From: Candidatus Bathyarchaeota archaeon
GTDB lineage: Archaea; Thermoproteota; Bathyarchaeia; Hecatellales; Hecatellaceae
NCBI GenBank assembly: GCA_052246995.1
Contig: JBQPWD010000004.1
Span: forward strand, 137,985-201,984
Direction: 5' to 3'
Length of the DNA stretch: 64,000 bases
Shown here: one piece after another, positions 10,351 to 19,252 of the stretch
Layout: each line of letters opens with the position of its first letter
How positions within the stretch are numbered: position 1 is the first letter of the stretch
Translations under genes and position numbers: made by a program
Notes under the pieces: model-generated
What the model saw: only the letters and a program-made list of their open reading frames with translations
The model's database searches: none
What the model was told of the DNA's origin: nothing

Positions 10351-10596
10351 TTAACCCCTCCCCAGAAGTGTTTTAAACTCTTCATGTACTTTTACAAGCC
10401 TTTCGGCTAAAGCCTTCTCTTCTTCACTACCAACTTTGGAGAAAAAATCTTTAACCAGCTTCTCAAGTTCTTCAAGGTTTTTTGCTTCACTAAAAAGTTT
10501 TAAATAAAGATTTACAATTTTTGTTCTTAAATGGTATCCTACGTAAAGTTTTGCTATTCTCCTTAAATTATCCTTAACTAGGTAGGTTACCTCCAA
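10351..10596 (-). CDS. small helical hypothetical protein within the hydrogenase operon
   Basis: 81 aa ORF with upstream GGTGG SD, closely spaced to both neighbours; no recognisable motif. Confidence 0.6.
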   Translation of the reverse strand: MEVTYLVKDNLRRIAKLYVGYHLRTKIVNLYLKLFSEAKNLEELEKLVKDFFSKVGSEEEKALAERLVKVHEEFKTLLGRG

Positions 10597-10615
10597 CCTT
10601 TTTCCACCAACCTAA

Positions 10616-11056
10616 CTAGACTTTTTCTTTTAACTTTTGAATTGCCAACGCTATTCCATGAATAATTGCTTCAGGTTTAGGTGGACATCCTGGAACATAA
10701 ACATCAACAGGGATAATTTTGTTTACAGGACCTCCAAACCCATAGCTTACATAATCACCTTCACCATAAAACACCCCTCCTGTTAATGCGCAAGAACCTA
10801 CAGCAACAACAACCTTCGGGTTTGGAATCTGTTCATAAACTCTTTTTAAAGCTTTTGTTATATGTTTTGAAACTTGGCCTGCAACAACAAGGATATCCGC
10901 CTGTCTAGGAGTACCTGTAAGCCTTATACCAAGTCTTTCAACATCATATCTTGGAGTTAAACATGCAACAATCTCTATGTGGCAACCGTTACATCCGCCA
11001 CATGGTGTAAACATTATCCAAGGAGACTTGGCTCTTGACCAGGCTTTTAAACCCAA
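10616..11056 (-). CDS. group 4 [NiFe]-hydrogenase small subunit (NuoB/EchC/MbhJ-like)
   Basis: CGGCNGC, 'TPRQADIL', 'VGSCALTGG', 'VPGCPPKPE'. Confidence 0.92.
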   Translation of the reverse strand: MGLKAWSRAKSPWIMFTPCGGCNGCHIEIVACLTPRYDVERLGIRLTGTPRQADILVVAGQVSKHITKALKRVYEQIPNPKVVVAVGSCALTGGVFYGEGDYVSYGFGGPVNKIIPVDVYVPGCPPKPEAIIHGIALAIQKLKEKV

Positions 11057-11069
11057 AATGGTAAACCCC

Positions 11070-11618
11070 TTAATAATACTTTCTTGGATGGTAATTAAGT
11101 CTAAAACTAAGCTGCTTTCTACACGTTGAACAATATTTAGAGTAAACTTGGAAGTCTTTTTCTATGGTTTCTTTTTGAGAAACGTTAATTTTACTTAAAC
11201 CCCTATCTCTAACCTTTAAAATTTGAGGTTCTGGAGCAAAATACCGTCCACAGTTTTCACACACAGCTTGGTTTACCTCAACAACCTCCTTGGCCTGATT
11301 TAAATCATAAACTGCAAGCTCAAACTTACTTGTAAGCATGATAGCGTCTTCAGGGCATACTTCTTGACAGGTTGCACAGTAAAGACATTTTCCAAGGTTA
11401 ACTTCTATTTTTCTTTTACCGTTTTCTTCTACTATTGTTATAGCTTCAGGGGGGCAGCAATTAAAACATCCACCACAACCAACACACTTTTCTCTGTCAA
11501 ACTCAGGTTTACCACGCAAACCTTCAGGTAAGTAAGCAGGTGGACCGAAAGGATACTTTATTGTTACACATCGAGCTAAGCTTTTAAATGCCTCAACCAA
11601 AACTTTTAGATTAACCAT
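11070..11618 (-). CDS. NuoI/HycF-like 2x[4Fe-4S] subunit with C-terminal CxxC...CxxC
   Basis: 'TIKYP...LRGKP', CVGCGGCFNCCP, CLYCATCQEVCP, plus CENC...CSTC. Confidence 0.9.
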   Translation of the reverse strand: MVNLKVLVEAFKSLARCVTIKYPFGPPAYLPEGLRGKPEFDREKCVGCGGCFNCCPPEAITIVEENGKRKIEVNLGKCLYCATCQEVCPEDAIMLTSKFELAVYDLNQAKEVVEVNQAVCENCGRYFAPEPQILKVRDRGLSKINVSQKETIEKDFQVYSKYCSTCRKQLSFRLNYHPRKYY

Positions 11619-13362
11619 TTTCCACTCGCCTCGACTTAAGTCTTGATTTTTCAGCTAGCATACTAAAGCTAACAGGTTTAACCTTTTTTTCTTTAATATC
11701 CTCCAAAACTATCATTATGGAGCGGTCGGTACATGCCAAGCAGGGATCTATGCTTGCAATAATTATAGGTGCATCAGCAATTGTTTGGTCTCTAAGCATG
11801 TAAAGTGTTGATGGGTTGTTTAGGAAAGATGGTGTTCTAATTCTAACTCTATCAGGAATATGGGTTCCGTTAGACCTAATGTAATATGTTAATTCACCTC
11901 TTGGGGCTTCAACCCTGCCAATAGCTTCCTTTCCTTCTGGAAATTCTTTGGGAATTTCAGATTGAATCGGTCCACTTGTTTTTTGTAGGAAGTCTAAACA
12001 TTGCCTGCATATACTTATACTCTGTAAAAGTTCTAAAAGTCTAACTATAACCTTTGCGTACACATCCCCATCAGATTGTGTGATCACATCCCATGAAGTT
12101 TCCCTGTAAGCTAGATACGGGTCGTCTTTTCGAACATCAATTCTTACGTTTGAACCCCTAGCGGTAGGCCCAACAACACCAACTTCTTTTGCCGCATCTT
12201 TTGTTAAAACACCAATTCCAATTGTTCTTTTACGGATTAACGGTTCGCTTGTTGCAATATCAATATACTTTTTAGTTGCTTTTTCTAACACGTCAAGCGT
12301 TTTCTCGATTTTTGGTATCATATCACGGGTTATATCTCTACGAACACCACCAATAGTGTTCATTGCGTGATTTACCCTGTTACCGGAAACCATTTCAAAA
12401 ATATCTAAAACATGTTCCCTGTCTCTCCAGAACCACATAAAAGCTGTTTTATAACCTATCAAATCCATGCCTACACCAGCCCATAAAAGGTGGCTGTGGA
12501 TTCTTTCAAGCTCTTTAATCAACGTTCTAACATACCTTCCCCTGTCCGGCAGTTCTATGTCTCCAAGCATTTCAACAGTTCTACAGTATGCTGAAGTGTG
12601 TGCATGTGAACAAATTCCACAAACACGCTCCGAGATGTATATGTTTCTCCAGTAGCTTCTTTTTTCCATAAGCTTCATTATACCTCTATGGTTAAAGCCT
12701 GGCTTCATATCTGCCTCAACAATTTTTTCACCATCAACTTTTAACCTAAAATACCAAGCTTCAACTAGAAGTGGATGGAAAGGTCCTATTGGAACAATCG
12801 ACAACTCAGGCTTACCCTCAACATCAACCGGTAAAGGTATCCACTTTCCAACTTTTTTACGCTGTTCTTCTGCAGAATGTTCCATTACTTTTTCTACTTT
12901 TACCTCCTCAACTTCACCTGGCCACTCATAAGGTAAAACAAAGTGACGAGGATCTATCAGTTCTTCAAACGTTATACCGTTAAGCTCACCCATCTCTCTT
13001 TCAGCATAAACTGCTGAGTAGTAAATGGGTGAAACTGAGTCTACACTAGGTGTTTCGCGTGAAAGTGTTGTTTTAACGGTTAAGGTTAAGCTTTCATCAA
13101 AGGTTTTGTCCTTGTAGTCAAATGCGTAATGGTAAAGCACCTCAAAACCCTTAAAGTCAAGGTCGTTTACAGATATGGTTACAAGCCTAGCATCAAACTC
13201 TCCTTTTAAAAGCTCGGCTACTGGTTTAACAGCATTATTCTTAACATTAACATAAACCCTTTTTTCCCTTCCCACATACTCGCCAAGGTAATCTTCTTTT
13301 AACTTTTCCCTTAACCTTGAGATAACTGCTTCTAAAAGTGTACCTTCTTTTTGTTTTTCCAT
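11611..13362 (-). CDS. group 4 [NiFe]-hydrogenase large subunit, NuoC-NuoD fusion (HycE-type)
   Basis: L1 'ERVCGICSHAH' and L2 'DPCLACTDR' with all four Ni-ligating Cys; N-terminal NuoC domain; C-terminal extension after the Arg. Confidence 0.93.
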   Translation of the reverse strand: MEKQKEGTLLEAVISRLREKLKEDYLGEYVGREKRVYVNVKNNAVKPVAELLKGEFDARLVTISVNDLDFKGFEVLYHYAFDYKDKTFDESLTLTVKTTLSRETPSVDSVSPIYYSAVYAEREMGELNGITFEELIDPRHFVLPYEWPGEVEEVKVEKVMEHSAEEQRKKVGKWIPLPVDVEGKPELSIVPIGPFHPLLVEAWYFRLKVDGEKIVEADMKPGFNHRGIMKLMEKRSYWRNIYISERVCGICSHAHTSAYCRTVEMLGDIELPDRGRYVRTLIKELERIHSHLLWAGVGMDLIGYKTAFMWFWRDREHVLDIFEMVSGNRVNHAMNTIGGVRRDITRDMIPKIEKTLDVLEKATKKYIDIATSEPLIRKRTIGIGVLTKDAAKEVGVVGPTARGSNVRIDVRKDDPYLAYRETSWDVITQSDGDVYAKVIVRLLELLQSISICRQCLDFLQKTSGPIQSEIPKEFPEGKEAIGRVEAPRGELTYYIRSNGTHIPDRVRIRTPSFLNNPSTLYMLRDQTIADAPIIIASIDPCLACTDRSIMIVLEDIKEKKVKPVSFSMLAEKSRLKSRRVENG

Positions 13363-13366
13363 TTTT

Positions 13367-13957
13367 TTACCACCTTAAAAGCATAAGCTTACGAACATCC
13401 AAACTTTTTGTTCGTTTATACAAAAGAAGTGCTAAACCCATAACCAGAATAATGGTCGCTGTTTTTATTATAACTAAGCTAATCTCAACACTAACTGGAA
13501 ACTCTACTCCTAGCATTAGAGTGTGAGTTGCGTTATTTAGGAGGGTTAAACCGAGTCCAAGCTTTACTAGGTCAGCTTTAGCAAGCATTGTATAAATTCC
13601 AATAACAAATAAAGGAATAGCCGTTAACATCCTAGGGTCGGTAAAGTTTAGAAAAGCATAAACCGTGAAGACACCAATTAAGAAGAGCAGAATTGAAGAC
13701 GATGTTAATCCGTCTATAAAAGGCTCCTCTGAGAGGCTTTTAGTCTTTCTAATTGTTAGGTAAATAACTAGTGGAAATACTATAATGAGAGAAATAACTG
13801 AAAGAAGAAAACTCTGAGTTGAAAGCTCCTGATAGAAAACTGAAACCAAGAGAATACCTTGAACAAGAAGACAAGTTGTTGATACATACAGGTTTCTATG
13901 TTCACATATAGCCATACCAAGAACGGTTGCAACAATAATTACAGGGGTTAAATCCAT
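13367..13957 (-). CDS. HyfE-like membrane subunit
   Basis: ~7 TM, C-terminal 'SLDVRKLMLLRW' as in HyfE; operon position. Confidence 0.65.
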   Translation of the reverse strand: MDLTPVIIVATVLGMAICEHRNLYVSTTCLLVQGILLVSVFYQELSTQSFLLSVISLIIVFPLVIYLTIRKTKSLSEEPFIDGLTSSSILLFLIGVFTVYAFLNFTDPRMLTAIPLFVIGIYTMLAKADLVKLGLGLTLLNNATHTLMLGVEFPVSVEISLVIIKTATIILVMGLALLLYKRTKSLDVRKLMLLRW

Positions 13958-13967
13958 AATTTCCCAC

Positions 13968-14912
13968 CTAAACCATAATTACAGCCAATATTAAGCCTGC
14001 AAGAGACAAACCTAAAATTCCAGTTAAATACCATTTAAAAGCCTGGTCAATTCGAAAACGTGGATTTGCAGTATGAACTATAACCATTAAAACAACAACA
14101 AAAGTCATTTTTGCCAGAAACCATAAAACATTCCACGGGAAGGGTAAACCATCTCCACCACCAAGAAAGAGGTTTGTAAACAAAGCGCTAAAAACCACCC
14201 ATTTAACAAAGATTGAAAGTCTAAAAACTCCATAGAGAGGTCCACCGTATTCAACATATGGGCCAGCAATAATTTCTTGTTCAGCTTCAGATACATCAAA
14301 AGGTCTGAGAGCAAGTTTTGCAAGCAAACAGATAAATAAGACTACAGCTGCAAACGGGTTTAAAACTAAGAACCATGTATTCCTAATTTGATAATTTACA
14401 ATTTCCCAGAGACTTAACGACTTCACCACGATTGCTGGAGCTAAAACTGCTAAAACAAATGGAAGCTCTTCAGCTATAAGAAGACTTACTTCCCTACTTG
14501 CTCCAACAGCACCATACGGAGAACTTGACGAACCTCCAGCTATAACCAATGCTATTGAAGGTATTATAAGAAAGTACGCTATGACAATTACATCCCCAGC
14601 AAAGCCTACTGGAGAGGGTAAACCAAAAGGTATAAGGGTTACAGCACAAAGAAGAGAAGCTAAACTTAAAAGTGGAGCTATAACCATGTACGGCTTATAG
14701 GCAGTTATAGGGATTATCTGCTCCTTAAAGAAGAGTTTGAAAACATCTGCAAACGACTGGTAAAACGGTGGCCCCCTCCTTGATTGAATTCTGGCTTCAA
14801 GCTTTCTTTTTAACCAATCATACATTCCTCCAAGCAGAAAAGAAAACATGAGACCTGGATACACGATAAAACTAAAAATGCTTATTCCTATAAGCTCGTA
14901 CACAATAATCAC
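13968..14912 (-). CDS. NuoH/HycD/MbhM-like membrane anchor subunit
   Basis: 'RKLEARIQSRRGPP', 'RPFDVSEAEQEIIAGPYVEYGG', 'PRFRIDQA'. Confidence 0.93.
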   Translation of the reverse strand: MIIVYELIGISIFSFIVYPGLMFSFLLGGMYDWLKRKLEARIQSRRGPPFYQSFADVFKLFFKEQIIPITAYKPYMVIAPLLSLASLLCAVTLIPFGLPSPVGFAGDVIVIAYFLIIPSIALVIAGGSSSSPYGAVGASREVSLLIAEELPFVLAVLAPAIVVKSLSLWEIVNYQIRNTWFLVLNPFAAVVLFICLLAKLALRPFDVSEAEQEIIAGPYVEYGGPLYGVFRLSIFVKWVVFSALFTNLFLGGGDGLPFPWNVLWFLAKMTFVVVLMVIVHTANPRFRIDQAFKWYLTGILGLSLAGLILAVIMV

Positions 14913-14913
14913 C

Positions 14914-16677
14914 TTAAACCATGGTAAACGTAAACAACATCATTAAAGTTAAAACCACTATATACAACAAGTAGTGAGGTAGGAAGCCTGTATGGATTGC
15001 TCTAACAACCCTTAAAAAAGGATATGCTGCAAAGCTGAAGGGTGATGAAGAAACCTTTGCTTCCTCAACCTTTAGGTATGGTGGTGTAACCAATCCACCA
15101 GTAAACGGCAAAAACTTGTCAGATGTAGGAGGATATTTAAGAGGCTTTGCCGTTAGCTTGTAAATAGCAAAGATTACCACAACTCCAAAAAATAGTAGAA
15201 ATGCCCCCCACGCAGCATACCAAGACCCAACATCCGTAACAAGGAAGAATAAACTTGCAACCAACTGCACCTCGCCCCTAACAAGCATGGTTGTTGCTGG
15301 AACAATAAGATAAGAAAGCGGAAATCCTGGAACAACGCCAAAGAGAATGCATAGTGATGCTAGTATCACCATTGGAATGTACATAAGCGGAGAAACTTCT
15401 TTTACATTAGAGAGTTTTCCCGGTAGAGAAAGAAAGATGGAATGTATAACCTTCATGAACGATATGAGCGTAAGTGCACTTACAAGCATCCCAACTCCTG
15501 CAAGTAAAGGTGCACCAGCCTGAATACATGCCTCATAGATTATCCACTTACTGCTAAACCCGCTAAACGGAGGAATTCCTGAGATTGAAAGTGAAGCAAT
15601 TGTCATAGTTACGGCGGTTATAGGCATATGTCTAGCTAAACCACCTAACCTGTCCAGGTTTGTTTCACCAGTTGCATGTTCAACAGAGCCTGCACATAGA
15701 TACAGTAATCCTTTATAGATTGCATGATTTAGCGAATGGAATAAACCTCCTATTATACCCAGCGGGGTTCCCAGCGAAACACCCATAACCATATACCCCA
15801 TTTGGCTTATAATGTGATAGGAAAGGAGTCTCTTAACATCGCGTTGGAGAAGAGCCATGAAAACTCCAACAAGCATTGCACCTGCGCCAATCCAGGCCAA
15901 AAAATGGTTAACAGGGCTAAGTACACCATACGCATGGTAAACTATCCTAATTAGAGGAATTAAGACAACATAAGGGCTTAGCTTAATGGTTGAAACCGCA
16001 AGCAACGCCCCCACTGGGGATGGTGCCTCGGAAAAAGCATCGGGAAGCCATGTATGTAGAAGTATTAATGGAACTTTAACCCCAAAGCCTATTACAATCA
16101 GCGCTAAGGCAGTTTTGAACAGCATTCCTTGAAGTTGCGTGTTGTACAGGCATGATAAATACAACGTTCCTGTTTGTAAATATAAAATGAGAATGCCGGC
16201 TAACGCGATAAAGCCCGCCAATGTACATTGAAAAATGTATTTTAACGCTGCCTCCAAAGAAGAGTTTCTTCTATAATATAGTATAAGAACTGCCGAGGAA
16301 ATTGTTGTTAACTCGATAAAGATATAAAGCCATAAAAGATCCCATGAAACTGCAACACCAACCATGCTGCCAGTAAACAGTAAGCTAAAACAATAATATT
16401 CACCAGCTTTTTCCTTTGTAAACTCTAGTGAATATATAAGTACCAAGAAACTCATAAACGCAGGAACCAGAGCTACAAACATTGTTAAATCATTAATGGA
16501 GAAAGAGAAGACTGAAGCTAACCTAACATTTCCACTAAAATTAGCAAGTATAAGTATAAACGAGGTTAGCGAAACAAGTATAGAAAAAATTCCTGAGACT
16601 TTTCCACTTACCTTGCCTACATAATAAGCAACAGGTGCACCAACGAACAAAAGTGTCAAAGCAAGTAATAGTAACAT
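14914..16677 (-). CDS. Mrp-antiporter-like ion-translocating subunit (NuoL/MrpD/HyfB family)
   Basis: 'LHTWLPDAFSEAPSP', 'KRLLSYHIISQMGY', 'HSLNHAIYKGLL', 'GIPPFSGFSSKW'. Confidence 0.92.
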   Translation of the reverse strand: MLLLLALTLLFVGAPVAYYVGKVSGKVSGIFSILVSLTSFILILANFSGNVRLASVFSFSINDLTMFVALVPAFMSFLVLIYSLEFTKEKAGEYYCFSLLFTGSMVGVAVSWDLLWLYIFIELTTISSAVLILYYRRNSSLEAALKYIFQCTLAGFIALAGILILYLQTGTLYLSCLYNTQLQGMLFKTALALIVIGFGVKVPLILLHTWLPDAFSEAPSPVGALLAVSTIKLSPYVVLIPLIRIVYHAYGVLSPVNHFLAWIGAGAMLVGVFMALLQRDVKRLLSYHIISQMGYMVMGVSLGTPLGIIGGLFHSLNHAIYKGLLYLCAGSVEHATGETNLDRLGGLARHMPITAVTMTIASLSISGIPPFSGFSSKWIIYEACIQAGAPLLAGVGMLVSALTLISFMKVIHSIFLSLPGKLSNVKEVSPLMYIPMVILASLCILFGVVPGFPLSYLIVPATTMLVRGEVQLVASLFFLVTDVGSWYAAWGAFLLFFGVVVIFAIYKLTAKPLKYPPTSDKFLPFTGGLVTPPYLKVEEAKVSSSPFSFAAYPFLRVVRAIHTGFLPHYLLYIVVLTLMMLFTFTMV

Positions 16678-17556
16678 TTATCCTTTCCCCTCCAGCTTGT
16701 TTAAAAGTCTTGTTGCACGAATCCTCCTAAAAATAGAGCCTAGGGATGTAGCTGAAAATCCTTGAGCTAAAGCTACAAGTTCAAGCAGGTTCATACATGG
16801 AATATCATAAACGTAGCCTTTTTCTCTAAGGAATAGTTGAGCCATTTCAAGGAAGTTGAGACATGCAGGACATATAAGGGCTATACAGTCAGCCTCAACC
16901 TTTTTAACCTCGTCAAGCTTAACCTTAGCCCGTTCATTATAAGCGTAATCTAGGTTTAGAAAGCTTGTTGGGAAACCGCAACAGATCCTCTCACTTTCGT
17001 AAGGCAAAATCTGGCAGCCTATTACTTCGGCTATTTTTTTAAGCTTTTTCTGTAGGTTTAACTCTTCATCAAACTTTCTAAGCTTACAACCAGGTTGAAG
17101 ACAAACTTTAATGTTTGTTAAAGGCTTAACCACGGTATTTTCCAACCTTTTTAATCCTACATCGTCGTATAAAACTTCCAGTATGTTTTTAACATTAACT
17201 TTACCAATATATTCTAAACCATAATTTGAAAGTATTCGATTAACCTTTTCATTTACCTCCTTATCCTTCTCTAAAATTTTTTTAGCCTCAAACAAAGTTT
17301 CAAAACAACCGTTACAAACAGTAAAAACATCATAACCAAGCTTCTCAGCCAAAGCTAAGTTTCTAGCGGCCAAGGTAATCCACATCAACTCATCAACAAC
17401 CCTTGGAATATCTGTTGGAGGACAGCAAGAAGCACCTTCAACATCATAAACTACAACACCAAGTTTTTCAAGAACTTTTCTGGTGGCAGATTCAACATAA
17501 GGTTGGAGCGATGGAATAAAACATCCAAGAAAAAATGAATATTCCAACCTTTTCAT
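16678..17556 (-). CDS. hdrB: heterodisulfide reductase subunit B-like protein
   Basis: 'YSFFLGC', 'GASCCP', 'TLAARNL', 'VCNGC', 'PGC', 'ICCG', 'ICPAC': two CCG domains in HdrB arrangement. Confidence 0.85.
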   Translation of the reverse strand: MKRLEYSFFLGCFIPSLQPYVESATRKVLEKLGVVVYDVEGASCCPPTDIPRVVDELMWITLAARNLALAEKLGYDVFTVCNGCFETLFEAKKILEKDKEVNEKVNRILSNYGLEYIGKVNVKNILEVLYDDVGLKRLENTVVKPLTNIKVCLQPGCKLRKFDEELNLQKKLKKIAEVIGCQILPYESERICCGFPTSFLNLDYAYNERAKVKLDEVKKVEADCIALICPACLNFLEMAQLFLREKGYVYDIPCMNLLELVALAQGFSATSLGSIFRRIRATRLLNKLEGKG

Positions 17557-17561
17557 CTTCG

Positions 17562-17852
17562 CTAATATCTTAACTTTCCTTTCTCCAAGTCAAAACCAAT
17601 TTTTTCATCAAACATTAACTTTTTAGCAATATCCTGAATTTGCTTAGTTGCAAAAGTATGTTTGTATGCTGTTGGGGGGATATCAGGCAATCCAAGCTTA
17701 ACCCGCCTACCTTTCCAAACCTCAAGGAATTCTTGAACATGCCCTGTTAAGAGGATATTAGATACAGGAAATCTGAATTGATGTGGAAGAAAACCCTTAA
17801 TATCCTTTCTTAAAGGGTATAATCGCAAGTTTTCCTCTAAACTATTTCCCAT
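17562..17852 (-). CDS. HdrC C-terminal-like fragment lacking Fe-S motifs
   Basis: 'LTGH...RVKLGLPDIPPTAYKH...IQDIAKKLMFDEKIGFD' resembles my recollection of the methanogen HdrC C-terminus; no Cys; directly upstream of hdrB. Confidence 0.6.
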   Translation of the reverse strand: MGNSLEENLRLYPLRKDIKGFLPHQFRFPVSNILLTGHVQEFLEVWKGRRVKLGLPDIPPTAYKHTFATKQIQDIAKKLMFDEKIGFDLEKGKLRY

Positions 17853-17914
17853 GTTTTATCCTACACCACAAGAAGGCATAGAAGCATTTTCAAACTACTA
17901 CTTTATCCTAAAAT

Positions 17915-17926
17915 TTTTATATAAAA
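17915..17926. promoter_or_regulatory. palindromic TATA element in the divergent hdrC'/gcvH intergenic region
   Basis: TTTTATATAAAA perfect palindrome, ~65 nt upstream of the hdrC-like start. Confidence 0.4.
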
Positions 17927-18064
17927 TTTTTCATATAAAAGAAGTTGACATACAACATTCACAAAACCAAAAACTGGTTAGGAGATAAAAGAACAAAATA
18001 TTTTTTAGTCTTAACAATAGCAATATTATGTGATTGGCGGTTAAAAACGTGTGAGGGGATATAA

Positions 18065-18514
18065 ATGGTTGTTTTAGATGGCTATGAGTTTCCTGAAGAC
18101 TTATACTATACACCTGAAGATGGTGTTGGAAATTCATGGGCAAGGATTGAAGCTGATGGAAGTGTAACAGTAGGGATTGATGATTTCTTCCAAAAGACAG
18201 CTAAAAGCATAAGGTACGTTGACCTTCCATTTGAGGGAGACAAAGTTGAGCAAGGTAAGGCTTTTGCAACTGTTGAGTCTGAAAAATGGGTTGGTCAAGT
18301 AACAGCCCCAGTTTCCGGTGAGGTTTTAGCTGTAAACAACAAGGTTCTTGAGAAGCCTAAACTTGTAAATGAAGATCCCTACAGGGATGGTTGGCTTATA
18401 AAAGTTAAACCCGAAAAACTTAATGAAGAAATTAAAAACCTTGTTCATGGTGTAGACGGTATTAAACAGCTTTACCGTAAAAGCGTGGAGAAGTATCTTA
18501 AAAAGAAGGGGTGA
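18065..18514 (+). CDS. gcvH: lipoyl-carrier protein, GcvH/LbpA family
   Basis: 'DLYY...SWARIE...VGIDDF', lipoyl-Lys motif 'VESEKWVG', 'VNEDPYRDGWL'. Confidence 0.9.
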   Translation: MVVLDGYEFPEDLYYTPEDGVGNSWARIEADGSVTVGIDDFFQKTAKSIRYVDLPFEGDKVEQGKAFATVESEKWVGQVTAPVSGEVLAVNNKVLEKPKLVNEDPYRDGWLIKVKPEKLNEEIKNLVHGVDGIKQLYRKSVEKYLKKKG

Positions 18515-18520
18515 GGTTTT

Positions 18521-19249
18521 TTGAGAATTCTTTTCTGGAGTGGCTGTCTTGCCAAAAGAAGAATGCCTGAGTCTGTTAATGCTGCATTAAAAATACTGGA
18601 AAAATTGGGATACGAGGTTGTAAAACTTGGTAATGAAGGGTGTTGTGGGGATCCGTTGATGTTAGCAGGATACACGCAATATGCACTAGAAAATGCTAAA
18701 AAAGTTGCTGAAATGGTAAATGGTGCTAATGTTGACCTTATTGTTACAGGTTGTGCTGGATGTTATAGAGGTTTTAACGAGTATGAGGATTACGGTGTAG
18801 AAATTCCTAAACCCAAACACATGGTTCACATTGTTGCTGAAAACCTTAATAAAATAAAGTTTAAGCAAACAGAAAAGGAAAAAATTGTATACCACGACCC
18901 TTGCGAGCTTGGACGTTGGAGTGGTGTTTACGAGGAGCCTAGAAAAGTTTTACGTAGTATTGCTGATGTTGTTGAACCTTTGCTTTCAAAGGATGAGGCT
19001 CGTTGTTGTGGTGGAGGAGGAGGAATGCTTACAATAAAGGCTGATTTAAGTATTAGAGTTGGAGAGATAAGGATTGAAAGAGACATAGAGCCTACAGGTG
19101 TCAAAAAAATTGTTACAGCTTGTCCAGCCTGCTATTCAACTTTAAGTCTTGCTGCAGGTAAAAGATGGGTTGCAACTGGAAGAAAAAAAGATGAAAGAAT
19201 AGAGGTTTTTGATTTTTCGCAGTATGTTCTCTCAAAAATGGAGGTGTAA
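18521..19249 (+). CDS. stand-alone 2xCCG-domain Fe-S protein (LutA/GlcF/HdrD-C-terminal family)
   Basis: SGC...CCG...CAGC and DPC...CCGGGGG...CPAC. Confidence 0.85.
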   Translation: MRILFWSGCLAKRRMPESVNAALKILEKLGYEVVKLGNEGCCGDPLMLAGYTQYALENAKKVAEMVNGANVDLIVTGCAGCYRGFNEYEDYGVEIPKPKHMVHIVAENLNKIKFKQTEKEKIVYHDPCELGRWSGVYEEPRKVLRSIADVVEPLLSKDEARCCGGGGGMLTIKADLSIRVGEIRIERDIEPTGVKKIVTACPACYSTLSLAAGKRWVATGRKKDERIEVFDFSQYVLSKMEV

Positions 19250-19252
19250 AAA

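Noticed and set aside
10616-16677. Complex I/Mbx(Mbs)-like non-hydrogenase
   Set aside because: The large subunit retains both CxxC Ni-binding motifs and a cleavable C-terminal extension.
16678-17852. Evidence of methanogenesis
   Set aside because: No mcr, mtr, hdrA or mvh genes in the window, and the HdrB substrate loops diverge.
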